Shown: positions 27,450 to 41,419 of the stretch, piece after piece
Layout of the letters: each line of letters opens with the position of its first letter
How positions within the stretch are numbered: the first letter of the stretch is position 1
Assembly (NCBI GenBank): GCA_976226885.1
Contig: OZ320313.1
Coordinates: 115,320,001-115,384,000, forward strand
From: Iphione sp. A-MEVVRFRX5
Lineage: Eukaryota
Reading direction: 5' to 3'
Length of the DNA: 64,000 nucleotides
Made by a program: the position numbers and the translations under genes
The notes under the pieces: generated by a model
Databases searched by the model: none
What the model saw: the letters and a program-made list of their open reading frames with translations, nothing else
What the model was told of the DNA's origin: nothing

Positions 27450-28350
27450 GAAAGATGTTTGCCCTATCCTTGGTTTCACAGTGAGACAGTTCGAATGAAC
27501 AGGAAAAAACCACATAAAAAAGTGGGGAGAAAGGCAAAACAGGTATAAGGACACCACACAGAATGGGCGTATTCAGAAATTGGATATCCCAGAGGAAAAC
27601 ATTATCTGAGGATCATCATCAAATATTCTGCACGCGTATGTGTTCAAGTATTGGTGATTTCGCTGTCTGGACTAAAGAGTCTTAGGTTCCATGTTGTTGT
27701 GACAAAGATATGTCTGTCGTCCTCCCCGTGACAACAAACCTAAAGCTTTTTTCACATGAAGGCAAACACGTTCACAGGAGCACTTTTTACTACATGATCA
27801 GGTCAAGTAGAATATTGCATATTCTTCAGGGCCAATCTCTTTTCCTCTTGCAGACTGGTATGGAAATCTGTAATGTTTGTTTATGTATTACCTACAACAG
27901 GAGAGAGAGGGACCACAAACTGTAAGGATGCCGCATTTATCTGTGAACGCGATCTTCATATTGTAATCCTGTGTTTGAATAGTTCAGTTTGCGGAGAGAA
28001 CCCCCCTAAATGCAAATGCGTATGTGAGACAATTTGCGAAGTAGAATGCGTTCGACCTGTCGACCGACCTCATTCACCAGAGTAGGACGTTAAACGATCC
28101 AGTAGTTTATTGTCAGCTACAAAGATACTGCTAGAAAGTACGTAGAATTCACATTTCAGATAACACATCAGACCCGTAGCTGCTACGGTCATCTCGTACC
28201 TCTACTGCATTAATGAATAGGGTACCGCGTCCCTGAGGAGATCGTCTACATTCATTATCGGCATTGGTCAGACAGATTCTGGGGAAAAAATGCGACCACC
28301 ATATTGGTTGACTTTCTTTCATATTGTCTCTTGTTCTGGCCATTTTCTCT
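27450..28350 (-). mobile_element. CR1-group LINE RT relic (domain 4 to C-terminus)
   Basis: WWSHFF, SPQG..TLFIN (cf. PQGS..LF..IN), YGSDV, EKRLA...*PDHV (cf. EKDLG...W..HV), KKALGLLSR and SEYAHSVWCPY (27542-27577; cf. LEYA..VW.PY) in order. Confidence 0.55.
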
Positions 28351-30699
28351 GTTTTTTTTCGCGTAATTACCGAAACAAATCACATCTTCTTTATCTCCTA
28401 CCATAGTCCCTCGCGGCTCGATCGTGTATCGTTGTACGAAGATAATGCAGTTTATCCGATATCTTTTACTGTACGTGTGACGGAATTCCGGTTATTTCCA
28501 AATTAAATCGATGTGAAAACAGAAGAAGTCCGATTTTAAATAGAACGAGAAGGAATGTCGAGGAAATAAAGAAAAATTGGATGGAAAAGTGCGTCAAAAG
28601 AGGACATAAATAGGTGTATGGGTAGAAAAGTATTAAGAAGCAAAATCAATGTTCAGCAGGACTTTTCGTTTAGTCTGAGAAGGCACATAGTGGAGGAGGG
28701 TAGTGCGGGGTGGCTTACTACAACATGCCACACATGATTACCACTAAATCTGTCTCCACACCATTAATTTACTAGGAAAACTCCTCGAGGGTAGGTATGG
28801 CCCGTTTGAATTAGTGATGTGGTCGGTACGAGAACTATCCCTCCACTTTGCATCGTGCCTTTCCAAGAATTGCCCATGAAGAAGGCCTACAATAAAGATA
28901 ATGCAGGGTCTAAAAAGTCTAATCGCAATGTCACTATCATATCAGATACCCGTATACCATTAGAACGAAAAAGAAAAAAAGCGCAGTATTCACCGATGCT
29001 GTTAGAGACGATAGATACTGCAAAACAGAAAAAGACCCCTTATTGTTTCCGCTTCTTATAGTCTGCAAAGAACTGCAACAATAGTCAGCAGCCGGATTTA
29101 AACCTGACTTTTCCTTTCGGCCCAAATCAGATTACTTTATCTACATACATGTACATGTATAACATTGTGCATGCATTCCCATATGGCGTACGTCTCTCAA
29201 AATTTCTCTCATCCGATACATATGCAATATCCAACCTGCTTAAAAAAAGCTTTTTCCTAACAGTCAGAGATACATAAAGATTCTAGCAGCGATTGCAGTT
29301 AGATGTCTTCACTTGGTTGTCTATCCTTTTTTCACGACAGGCCCAGAGAGGTTGTCAACCATAGTTCCCACCGTACACGGTTCTTTTCTAATGGTTAGGG
29401 ATATGGAGGTTGATGAATCTACCCGCTGTTTGCATTAGGGAAACAACGTAGAATGACCGTCGTTTGGATTTTTTTTTCTTCATCGAGGTCCATGCAAACC
29501 TGAGTACACATATGATCTGGTTTATAAGCGTAAGCTGGAAACCTGTTCGATATTTTGCCATTACGATCCCCTGAGCTCAAATGAGGAGGGTCGTACTGCA
29601 GTGATGAATATTTTCCGGTGTCGTGTAACAAGTCAAATTTCTCATGGGTTTTTATCTCTAGAGCGATTCGTTAATCTCACTGCATGTGATTAGTCGCCGA
29701 GATTCTCGTCACACTGGACTCTGTGGATGCATATTAAACATAATTAAAATATATAATGAGTAATGAGAAATGGAAACAGCACGCTGCTGTTCAGGAACAT
29801 TTTACGCTTACCAGGATTTAGCGCTTTACTGAAATAGGTTCAGAAAATGCACACCAGGTGACAGCACTACACCACATTAAAACCGGCCATCCTGCTGGAA
29901 AATACTAGATAACATCCAATATATGGACGTCATTTAGAAACTCTATAACATAAAGAAAAATAATGGTAAGAAGGTGTAATTTATCTATTACTATTTTCAG
30001 ACGATGGGCCATATTAAGAGATAGTTTCCACATACGTCTGCGTTTAAAACTCCGTGTCTTCGCAGTCGTAAACTTGTTATGCATCAGAGAAACGTACCTG
30101 GACGAAAATCTTATCACGTGAGACACTATCTTATTGTCTCTCTCGAGGATGTATGGTGGTTGCAGGGAATATGATTATCAGCCTTTCCTCTGAGATACGC
30201 GCGTTTAGAAAACAGCTTTTTGAAAAACCCTTTAGAACAATCATAGAGAATCTCCTAGCTCATAATTGACTTTGAAGAAAATCTGAGACTTCTTGTTTTG
30301 CCGACCACCTCCCTCCCCCTGCCGGAAGCATTGAACATATTGGTTTGCTGTATAACGTCTCACAATACAACGATGAGTAACAAGATCGGCTGTAGAGAAG
30401 GAAGCATGGCATGATCAAAATAGCCTCTGGCGCATCTACGGTATCCAGAAGCTTTTGTTTCTTCCCTGTCTTATTGGCACATTAGGAATCGATACCACGA
30501 GATATGGGTATTATCTAAGGATACTTTAGCAGCACACTTCACCAGAGCTCCCCTGCAGGCAGTGCTACAAGTTGCGATTGTGAGTGTCACTAAGTGTTTG
30601 ATGCTTATCCCTTTTAGATGAAGCCAAATCTGCACGGCAAAATACAGTCGACAGAGGTAAATAACTTAGAAGTGTGACATTTCTTTTTTTCTAAAGGAC

Positions 30700-31500
30700 C
30701 CGATGTTTCATCTACTTTGTGCGACGGAAATTGGAAAAGCACTGTTGGTACACATTGTGTTAGTATACCCATCCCAACGGCTAGAAATGGATGGATTGAA
30801 TGCCATCAAATAACAGAACTCTTCCTGTTTGGTCTTGTTCCTCTCAGAGAGTGACTTTAAGGCATCAAACAACAAAACAGTTCCTTTAAGCTTTATTCCT
30901 TTAACAGAGCAACTTTATGGAAATGTAGTAAAGTCAAGCATTGTTGGTTCAAGCAGTGGTTGGCACGCATATTTTCTAAGATTAATTGCTCTGCTGTCCG
31001 ACTACAAGAGACCATACCAAGCATAAAACTTGCGAGTGTGCAGAAGGAGCCAAGATATTGCGAATGAAATCAGCATGGCTGTCGTGATCCTTTTGACGGT
31101 TTAAAAAAGTAGATTAGACGGAGTAGATGAAATCTCAAGTGTGGAGTTATATAGCATTCAAAAGCTGGCGCGCTATAGAAACAGACATCCATCCCTGGAC
31201 AATGAATTGTCACAAGTACATTGTAATTCCTTTGCTGGAAGAACGTTGATATTTTGACACAGTTGCCTGTAGCAGGTGTCGCAACGTTATATATGTATTG
31301 ACCCTTGATATCTATTCGGAGGAAATGTCGCATCCATGTACCGGTATGTGGTACGGCCAAAAAATTAAGGACCATGTATATGACGCGTGAATGATTAAAT
31401 GATAGGACCCAAGATGCAAAGTCATGTTTCAACATTAATAAGGGTAGGTATATGAGGGGTATAATGGTCAATATATGTCACGTTCGGAGGAATACATGGA
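30700..31500 (+). mobile_element. CR1-group LINE RT relic
   Basis: LFLSESDFKAS..TVP, QLYGN and GWHAYFL (cf. DF.KAFD.VP..KL..YG..W..SFL), then LIF*H, MYRYVVRP (cf. LY..LVRP) and KMQ in order. Confidence 0.5.
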
Positions 31501-32269
31501 TTGAGGAGCTTTACATATACATGTACGATAAAACCCACATAAGTGCAAGATAATATCTCCTGAGATCCAAAGAACCAAACATAATATGTTTATATTGTAT
31601 AACCAGCCTTCTCAAGAGTTCATATCAAAAGAGAAATAATATTGTAGGCCTATTTCATATCCAGTCGAGACTCGAAAACTGAACACTCATCTCCTGCAAA
31701 TTCGTTGGGATTTCAGAATTTTTAGATTTCAGATGTGGGGCCACAGACCACTTATTAACCCTTTAGAGGTACACTGTAATCATTTGATTATGAATATCTA
31801 GAAATAGGAGAATGGTGAGATAACTTCATTCCGACATTTTGTCTTTGTTAGATACTTAATGGAGATGGGGGAGGTATAAATACCTCAGTTAGATGGTTTG
31901 CCTTTAGTCTGGGAGGCATAGAGAGGCACAACAGCTTGAAACAGATAGCATCTTACTATGAGCATTTTGGAACGGTTTTTGAGTCCAAGGTACATGTACT
32001 TTTAACAAGTATGACTCTTTCGATACGGAATCTAATTAATTTCGTTATATAAGTATAAATTCATAAAGTGTGCATCACTATGACTATAAATTAATATAAA
32101 AAATGTTTTGTTCGAGGGATATCTGTTAAGATGTGAGAATTCTCGGTTTTCAAGTGTGTGGCTTTGGAGAATTTTCTGTAGTTGTTTTACTTAAAAGTAT
32201 ATATTTGTATCACTAAAGAGGAAATATGGTTTCTTGCATAACAATGTACTACTAGTTGGAAGTATATGG

Positions 32270-32480
32270 CAGCTAGGCAGCTGCAAAACAAGAGTGAGAG
32301 AAAGGAAACAGAGAAAGAGGCGGGAAATTGGACATAAAGGAATCATAGGTAAAGAGAGATGGGGATATGAAGGGAGAGGGAAATAGAGAAAGGAGGAAGA
32401 GAGGAGGAGGAAAAGAACGAGGGAACAGGGAGGGGAGGAGAAGGAGGGAAGGGGGAAGACAGATGGTGGGGGTGAAGAGA
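32270..32480. repeat. Purine-rich (GA/GGA) low-complexity tract
   Basis: Nearly pure A/G on the + strand. It accounts for the S/P/F/L-rich minus-strand ORFs. Confidence 0.85.
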
Positions 32481-32799
32481 TCATACATTTAAATACTAAG
32501 CATATTCAGATATTTTGGCATCAATATAAACGAAGTTTGTGTGGTATGAATTTTGTTATCTGTTAGAGAACACTGTGAGACCTCTTGAAGAACAATTTAG
32601 ATACTGTTTACAGTATGGAAAAATATAAAATCAAGACACATGGTGACTATTCCCATGGACCAGTTTTGGTGGTGATGGCAGCACCTCTCTGGCTCACCCC
32701 CCACTTTATTATTTGCAGTCCTGCTGTCATTATGGAGGTCTTGTATGTTATAGCGTATTTACCCTTTAGTCTTCATGCAAGACCTCCATGACAGGGTGA

Positions 32800-33300
32800 A
32801 AACATAATTATAATAACAAGGGTAGAACAGGACATTCTCAGTGGTTGACAATATAGCTTCACCTAAAAGCTGCTTATGGATGGTGTTCTCGACTTTGCAG
32901 CTTATTTTGTCTTATCAGATTGCATACCCCAAAGGTAAGGACCACCTTACTTTATCTGGTTTGATGACATAAATACATCTTCTGCTAACTAGTAAACAAT
33001 GTCAGGATGTCATTCGGCTAGACTTCTTATTGCCATAAAACGAGCTAATTGAACAAGATATTGTGTACTGATGCATGAACTAGCTAGGTATGGAATCTTT
33101 TTCTATTTATCATGACTTAGACTGTATCAGAATATGGGGTTCTGCCGCTATTCAGAAGCAATGTTAAACAATAATCATGATAGGATAATACACCTGGTTT
33201 CAAAAATGATTATTCAGTTAATAGTTTTGCATTAGGCAGTGAGAAGTATGGTAGGATAGGAGAAAGAAAGACGGGAAAGGGTGCGATCATCATAATAGGC
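32800..33300 (+). mobile_element. LINE RT relic (domains 4-7)
   Basis: CIPQR*GPPYFIWFDDI (cf. GVPQGSVLGP.LF.IYIND), CTDA and SEKYG in order. Confidence 0.33.
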
Positions 33301-33440
33301 AATGCATATATAACATTACATCTCATTAAACGATATTTTATTGTGTAGGAGACCAGAAAAGACTAGAATATCATACATGTAATGTACTTCATTATCCAGT
33401 GAAAATAAAGTTATAAAAAAAACTATAGCAGAAGACTTCT

Positions 33441-33540
33441 GCCAGATGAGTCTTGCTGGATGAGTCTTGCCAGATGAACTTTGTAGGATGCGTTCTGCTG
33501 GACTGGATAAATGTTTCCTGGATGAAAAGGCGTTCCTGGC
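33441..33540. repeat. 14-bp minisatellite
   Basis: gccagatgagtctt / gctggatgagtctt / gccagatgaacttt / gtaggatgcgttct, then decaying copies. Confidence 0.8.
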
Positions 33541-33549
33541 TAACATAAC

Positions 33550-35370
33550 TGTTATGCAACAGCAGCTCTAGAAGGTTCTATTCCTGGCAGGAACAGCTGT
33601 GTTGGTCCCACCGAATTAAATGTCGTGCAATACCCACGCAGTGATTGGGCAATGGCACTAGGGTACAAGTGTAAAAAAGAGTGGGTTAACTGAATAAAAC
33701 AGTTCAGAACCTGTCTTGAAAATGTGTAGACCTCCTACTTGCCAAGATCCCAGCATAGAAGATATAACTATCATTGCTACATAACATGATACTTTATATT
33801 CAAATCTTGTTGTGAAAGAGAGGTTGGTTATGGCATTTATTGTTTTGGTCACTCGAAGATTCTTTGTAGCAAGATGCTATGCACAAATTACTTCCATAAA
33901 ATTCTGAATAGTGCCTATCCATATACAAACAGCTAGAACTAAGGCTTTCTTGGTGAAACATAATAAAATCCTGAGTGATCAATCCAGTAAATAGCAATTA
34001 TTGCATTATTTTGTATCTTATTTGCAAATTGATACCAACTGGTTTGTCATATGTTATTTTCTTTAAAGCACTGTTAGAATAAGTATTCTAAGCTGTGAAA
34101 AACTGTTCATGGCGACTAGTCTGGAATGAAAATCGTTTCAATTTCAATTTTAAATCTTTAGAGAAATTCAATTAAATAATGGGGAAGAGTTCATCCCATA
34201 CACCCAATCACACAAATCACATCACCTCGAACATTTAATCTCACGAGGATTTTATTACATTATATTAATGAAGATTAGATAGTAATTGCCTAGTAAATCT
34301 GAGCTACACTATATAATCTATTCGTGATCTATTATTGATGTTATACATATTTTTTATTTCGTGCACATCCTACGGTTAAAGGTTTGTTGGAAATACAGTG
34401 AATAGTTCGAAAAATACATTGCTTGATGCAAGCATAATGTTCTAGTGTTTTTGTGGTCGAGGCTTTTTAAGAAGTCAAAGCGAGAGAGCTAGATATAAGA
34501 CCTTAAATGTTCATAGTCCAATCATTTAAAAGAAATGTATACTAAATAGCATTGGAAGTTTTAAGCTGTCATTCATAGTAAATAAACTTTTCGTCTCCTA
34601 CTTGCTTAAACTGGATGTCCAACTTGAACTGGATGTCATGCCCAATCCTAATGTACATGTACACTTAGAACATCATGACTGTGGAAACACAAGAGTGGGC
34701 ACACTCATAGACTAGGGGCAACTTGGATTGAACAGCATCAAACTTTGGGTATATGTTATACCATGGAGGACTGGGGACATTCTTAAAATTGGAACACTTT
34801 TACTGGGAAACAGGAATGTCCCCAGTTGTGAGGTTCTACCCCATTCCTGTTGAGCTGCGTGGATGTTCAGTCTCTCAACCTACTTGGGGAACATCCGAAT
34901 AGAGGGCAGATAATCACTTTTAGGCTGTACAGGCCAAGCCAATGTTAATTCATGTAATTACTCGTTTGTGAGCATTAGACAGTATTGATAAGGAAGAAAG
35001 ACCTTTAACTACAAATTTAGGAGAGGTAAATAGCTGTTCTACCCGTATTATCACCAGGAGAACCAGGCAAAAGACCGAAACTAATGCTAGCGCTCAGCGC
35101 CTACGTTATTGCTTTAGTCAGACGTGTGCCAGGTTTTCCAGTAGGCTGGGGCATGACTTGGCGTACACTTCATGATTTTTCACCTCCTGCCAATCGTTAG
35201 TGGACAGGTCTTGGCTGCTGGTTGAATCTTGGCGACTGGTCCTGATTGCCGGGGTGCAGAGATTCAAGTTAAATGATCCAAACAGATAACAGAAGTGTGT
35301 TAATACTGTGTGGAATGTTAAAGTTGCTGAGATTGTGCTATTTATAGATCTCCACGCAACGCTTCGAGCC
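33550..35370 (-). mobile_element. Decayed, internally deleted APE-RT LINE
   Basis: Endonuclease motifs YLFGSFNLNL (cf. LGDFN.NL), TPAIR...QDL and NHEVY (cf. SDH.VY). Then RT motifs FDFLKSLDH, YFSNY..FQ and YNINN, and *NLL (cf. WN.LP) near 33575. Confidence 0.5.
34770..34826. repeat. Perfect 13-bp inverted repeat with 31-nt spacer
   Basis: actggggacattc (34770-82) and gaatgtccccagt (34814-26). Confidence 0.85.
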
Positions 35371-35849
35371 ATGAAGACAGATTTTTCTAATAGACACCCT
35401 GTAGTGAATAAACATTAAGACTGTTTTAGATCATTCTGAATCTTGTAATAAGCTGAAGCTAATTCTAGAACGAAGCGCCCATTTGCTCTGGGAAAATGCA
35501 TTTTATTCTCACACAACATAGTATGCTGGAAGGCTTTAGTATACATGAAGGAGACCTTCATATGCGTTCCTAATTACCAAGAAAAACTATCTTACGGACA
35601 TAAAATTAGCAAAATTATTTTTGAAATCTGAACCAATAGTAATGTGTTCGCGAAAAGAGAGAAAAATAAGCCCTCGACTTCCTCTCGTAGAGTAACCCAG
35701 TACACAGAGTATTATTTTCAGTCTAAATGAATCTGTTCTAAGTCAGGGGAAGATAGACGCAGAGAAAACATAAGGGGATCGTTACGATGGTTATGAAAGG
35801 GCGTGAGAGCCTACGGCTCTCAACGCAGGTCTATTACCTCAGTATGTAC

Positions 35850-36470
35850 CGGCAATATGTCTTAATATGTTCGGTGTAAGTGAAAGAATATTTCGTCAGA
35901 CAGACACAAACACTTCGGGACGACGTGTGCGCATCACTGCGGGGAACCGGAAAGCTGGCCGTCAGATAAAAACGGAATGCATTGGATTTGCATTAAGAGG
36001 TCCCCAAAAAGCCGTGGACACTGTCACAATAGACTCCTCGGACAGTCTCGTCTCCTAATTCTGTCTTTGGTAGTGTCCTCAGTAACAGTTGCCTGAATTC
36101 GGAGGATGATTTTAAGAGGTCTCCCACTACGCCTCCCGCACAATTATAAACATATTCGGCAAAGATGAAGGTAACAGATATAGAGAAATCAGGATATTCG
36201 CTGACTTAAATTAAGCCAAGATCTTATGTTCAGGAACCATAAATGTGTGTGGATGTCATACAAGAGGTTAAAAAGCACGCCCTCAGAGGTAGCATATACA
36301 GCCATAATATTCCTTGTAAATTGAACCGACAACAGGTAGCACCAAGGGAAAAGTAGATTTACCCTTCTACTCTCAAACCATACCACCTAGTGCACTCTTC
36401 CTGACTTAAACCCTGGATTTCACCAAATCACATTGCTCGTATGTAGGATAGTGCCATCGATCGAAGTGAA
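35850..36470 (+). mobile_element. LINE RT relic
   Basis: GFALRGPQKAVDTV (cf. LD..KAFDTV), ALRGSI (cf. PQGSI) and RM*DS (cf. MYADD) in order. Confidence 0.33.
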
Positions 36471-36554
36471 AAAATAGTATAGCATTTATTACCTTGAGCT
36501 TCGTGGTCTCGTAGAATTCACACAATGAAATTGATATTGACACTGCAATGGAAA

Positions 36555-39400
36555 ACTAATTTATTTCCCACTGTCGCTGTTAAGCGGCGGTTTTCAGAAA
36601 CAGGACGGATTCGATTACACCACCTGTACTGACAAAGTACTCATACAGGTGGGAAGAGATAATGAATGAGTACATAATGATAGTTGTGCAATGGACAGTT
36701 GAATTATTAATAATGATCATTAATGGAAATGTATTAGCCAGTTATTTATATCAGGTAATTGTTATTCTGCAAATGGAGCGTAACTCATTTCTTTCCCTCA
36801 AATTTCAATAGATAGAGTGTATACAATTCCAGATATGTAGACCTTGGTATGCAATTGATCTTTGTATTTTACATGTTTAAGGCAATAAGAGATGGAAAGC
36901 TGGCCTGCCATCAAGTCTTGTAGCACTACCAGTATTTTCCTTTATCTTTACAATATTCAATGTGATAGACCTGAACATAAGATGAACTATTGCAAATTTA
37001 CTGATTTGTGTAATGCTTTGGATATTATAAATCATATGCGGATGATCTTATAGCGGTTGCTTTATTTCTCTGATGGGTTTTTTTCCGCAATAAACACAAT
37101 GCTCTGTTCTATATTCATTGTAGCGTATTTAACATTGAATTGGGCACACAAGTAACATATACACCACAGTAATCTATCGCGGGTAACATTGGGGATTTAT
37201 AGATAGAGACAAATGCATATTCACTTCGCTGAAATCTACCTTTTGATAATATAAAAACCTGTGCAAGCAGTTTTTAATTGGTTTACCTGACTGTCCAACT
37301 TCATAGTCAGGTCCCTGTCAATGACCAGTAAAAGGTATTTGTATTCATCAATGAACTCAATGCTCATTCCATTGATCATGCAAGTAAGGATATGTATATC
37401 AATATTCTTTTTATTTGAGGTTAATAGAATGTATTTTGTCTTGTCAGTATTTACTATCAGTTGATTTACTCTACACCACGTTTCTACTTTCTCACAGTTA
37501 TGCTGCATTTTTGCATGTATTACCATTAATTGTGTCAAAACCTTTGCAAAAGTCGACAAAAAGCACTGCACTATATCTATTTTTATACATGCATATATTT
37601 TAGCTCTTGTTTCCCTTTTAGGTAGCTGCTTGATTCTACGGATGTTAAGGTATATCTGTGGTTAGAATTCTGCTACAAAGTCACTTTAGTTACAACTCAT
37701 TTCACGTGTCCCGATATACTTACCATTTTTTGGCTACTTCCTATGCTGCTAACCCATATGCAGCTTTATGATTCCTCTAGAGATCCTCACCAGTGGCAGT
37801 GAGGACAAGCCTTAAGGTCTGAGTGAGATAGCACCGTTGACTTTAACCAGCTAGAAGACGTTTCTTGGACACTACTGTTGATCTCTACGCTAGTTGATGT
37901 ATACTCGTTCTGAGGCAATCTTTGAATATTACGTATATATTACATTCAACAACCAACCCCAAGGACATCGAAAGATATAATTTTTTTCAGTCGTAGGTGT
38001 AGCTGCTAAATCCAGTGCCCCATATATTTAGCATTATCAGTGGTTAAGGCAAGACAAAATGCTAATTTAACCAGTATAAAAAAAAAACAATAATAAAATC
38101 CCTGATCTAAGAAATTGACTGATTTTAATGATGGAGAGAAAGGACCCCAAGATTGAACTTGAAATCTTTCCTTTATTCTGTCTCATGTCTTCTAAATATA
38201 TGCCGTGTGCATCAAAAACTGATTCTGTAGGTCAGGTAGAATAACGCCAAGGGGGTAATAAATCCATTCCCACCTATTAACCACATGTAATCTGCAGTAG
38301 AGGATTTTATAGAGATCACCTTGAATGTTTGGCTTGTAGCAGTGTAAAACACCCATTAGTAAAGACCTTTGTTAATACAATCAAAAGTAAGATTCTAAAA
38401 TACAGCTTTCATTTGCAGTACTTCGACTATGATTGAGGTTATACTGACTAAAGTTGAACAGTTTTCATCCGTGCAGGCGGACGATCAGCTGTGCATGTCA
38501 TTTGAGAACACTACGCCACCGTTAAAAGAAGAAAGGAATGGAAATTGGTAATATTCTGCCTTCCTTCCAGGAGTAGCAAGGAAACGTTCTTTACTTATGA
38601 AGTCATTTATAGAGCAAATCCTAGGCATACGGTTCGGAGAATGCCCTCATTCCTTTCCAGCTTCCAAAATGACTTAATAAACACCCTCAACAGTGAGAAT
38701 TTGTAATTTTTTAAAGGTTTCCTGCCTGTTATCTTTATTGTTGAGCATATGCCACCTGGTTGCAATCTACTACAAGGTGGGAATTAGGCCAATGCTTAAT
38801 GCCTTGATTCCTACTTCATCTTAAACAAAATCCTGATGAATATTTCTTAAGGATTTCCAGAACATTTTGATAGCCATGTTTTTTATGCTTCGATTGATGG
38901 ACAAAGCCCTGTGAAACTTTGTCTATTTTAAGCAACCGTTTCCAGAATCGCGTATGATTATTGTCGGGTCAATATAATATTTTCTTTTGCAATAGAAAAA
39001 CAGAACTGATTACCAACTCAATGAGGCTATGAGCTAAAATCTCTCTGAATTTTGCAGAGGATAATTCTAAGTAGAGGCAGTTCTGAGCAAATACTTTCCA
39101 CAGAGAGTGGTTGTATCTTTCGTATTTTAAAGGTCTTACTTGTTGAATATTCGGTTCAAGCTTGCCTCGATAATACTGCCTCAATTTTAGTAGTTAAAGT
39201 TCTCATTCCTCAGGGCTTCCCTTGTCCTTTAGTTCATTGTGAATTTTGAGTCACAGTCATTGAAGCTTGAGTCAATTCTCAGTTTACATTTGGTCAAGTA
39301 GGGGTTCAGACATTTCAGGCTTGATTCTGAGATAGGTTGCAGTATCATCTTGATTATTCTGCTACACAACTGTTTTCATTCTGCAATAGTTTGGGAAGAT
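36555..39400 (-). mobile_element. Crack/L2/CR1-group LINE with an intact-looking 3' end
   Basis: ALDLAA (RT3) and LVKVNGAIS. ORF 37236-37571 has W..VNQLIVNTDKTKY...IEFIDEYKYLLLVIDRDLT. Then QRSIAYQGLHIWN, and a 3' UTR with gaaaacc, a cgct-taac-agcg stem-loop and AATAAA at 36560-65. The 5' boundary is uncertain. Confidence 0.8.
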
Positions 39401-39659
39401 GAGATTTGATTTTGTGGATTAACTAGCTAACTCTTTCATTCAACATAATAACAGACCACATAAGTAAAAATGCCAAAATGCATGTGTCTGGTACAGTCAA
39501 CTCCCACTTAGGAAATCGCCTCTTGTACTGGAGAAATATAGTTTCTGTTGAGGTATGGTCTATCCCATGGTCTCTCCTTTATATAGAAATAATACTTTTG
39601 GTTCTGCTACTAGCTGGTCTCTCTTCCATTCTGGTTTCCTCTGTGATCTGGTCTTTAAG

Positions 39660-40322
39660 TGAGACTTGACTGTAGTAAAAATAGGACAAATTGAGGAAAA
39701 TTAAAAAAACAAGCTTTTTATTAAGTTGGTGCAGAGGTGTTCTCAGTTTAAATCTAATGGAAAAATTTTTCATCGCATTTGTCTTACCACACCTAGATCA
39801 TGGTTTGTGGCTTCTTTTATCAATTAACAAAAGTGATTTTGGAAAATTACAAAGAGTCTGGTATAATGGAATAAAACAGTGTGTATTAAATAGGTATGCT
39901 AAGAGTTTTGATGTACATAGATGGTTAATGGGAAAAGGACTGAGTTCAATAGAGAACCATATGCTATATCTTTACACTTTATTAATTACAGATATGTTCC
40001 ATTTGTCGTTATGTGAAGTAAGAGCACCATCGAGAATGAGAAGTGGTGTGGGAAACAGGCTCCCTATATCAAAGCCAAGAAGTGATTTCTATAGGAGAAG
40101 TTTTATTTACCAAATACAACTACAATGGAATGATCTCCCAGTGGAAATAAGTAACAAACTGAGGAAGGTAATAAAAAAGTACTTGAAAGCAAAGTATTGT
40201 AATAAGGTTCAGCCAAGTTAATAAAAGTTGTTGTGAAATGGCTCAGTGCCCATTGAAAACCCACATATTGTTTGCATGTGACATGTGCTACTCAATAAAC
40301 TTGTTTGAATTGAATTGAATTG
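39660..40322 (+). mobile_element. 5'-truncated Crack/L2-group LINE with (TTGAA)n tail
   Basis: ORF 39691-40221 has FIAFVLPHLDHG, LQRVWYNG and PRSDFYRRSFIYQIQLQWNDLP. The 3' UTR has gaaaacc, a cacat/atgtg stem-loop, AATAAA at 40294-99 and (TTGAA)3.6 at 40305-22. Confidence 0.85.
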
Positions 40323-41419
40323 GAACTACAGTTTCAGTTGAGAGAGATAATGAGAGAGATCCAGATGAAGTGCACTGGAGAGCTCAACTAGAGTACGCAT
40401 TTTCCGATGACTGCACAGGCTGAGAAGGGTCAAATTGAGCGATTAGTAAAGTGTATGACTTTTCATTTTGCCTATAGCTAGCATAGAGATACCCACAGCC
40501 TGACCTTACGTAAATTGCGACAGAGAAATGTTTTACAATGACAATGCTCATCCATTAGGAACGACTGTTGGCTGCTGACACCTACAGGTTGTTGAAACTA
40601 GGGAGATTAATTGAGATGTATGATACTTGGGATGCCGGTAGCGACCTTCCATATATCACGTTGTTTCGGTGATGAAGGATGAGATGGGTATTTTTTTAAC
40701 TGCGCAATCTGCGCTGCAGCGGAATGTCAGAGACTGGAAAGTCGGATGAGGTTAAAAACACTCCATATTAATACCGGGAGGCCGGAAAGTAGTCTTTACT
40801 TACGCTTTCTCGTTCTTACGACGCATCAGTTTCCTTTGAATCCACATTTACGTTTCGCATTGTTCCTTTGCCGTGCAATTCATATCTTTTCTACGTAAAC
40901 CTTTTCCCTCGATATCACCGGTCCCATTTGACATCATATAATTCCTACCTATAGTCCTCGGGCTTTGGAAAATATCATATTTGACAGAAAGGAAATGGCT
41001 TGTCGTGAAATGATTGACGGCAATACAAGTAGCAAGAAAGAAACTCTTGACTGAAATAATTAATTCCAGTCACTCCGAAGGACAACTGATCAAGTTTTCC
41101 GCTGTAACTTTTCTTCTTTAATGGTTTGTTACTGTTTTTATCTTGCAAATGATAACTACAGCAACGTTAAGAAATTAGTATTGGACTCATACTACGCAAT
41201 TCAAATTGAGAATATGTAAAAAGGCGACATCTGGGGATTAATATGCACTTAAAGTTTTCGCGATTAAGATTTAATCATAATGTGTTGAAGATGTGTGTGT
41301 TAGCCTGGTTTCCAACGCCCCCTCTTCATCTCACAGCATCAGGAAAGGAAAATACTAAACAAAAGTGTCGAATACGGCGGAAGGCAGCACCGTGTTATAA
41401 GCAGTGCGTATTTTAGCTG

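Noticed and set aside
27860-27965. C-type lectin-like motif (GERGTTNCKDAAFICER) on the + strand
   Set aside because: The W and D of the WxD motif are missing, and the segment lies within a colinear minus-strand LINE RT relic. Chance is more likely.
36555-40322. Twin-priming 5' inversion of a single LINE (the minus ORF ends at DRDLT...KR where the plus ORF begins)
   Set aside because: The minus-strand element continues past 37236 with its own C-terminus (QRSIAYQGLHIWN) and 3' end at about 36560. The overlapping protein segments also differ, so these are two separate elements.
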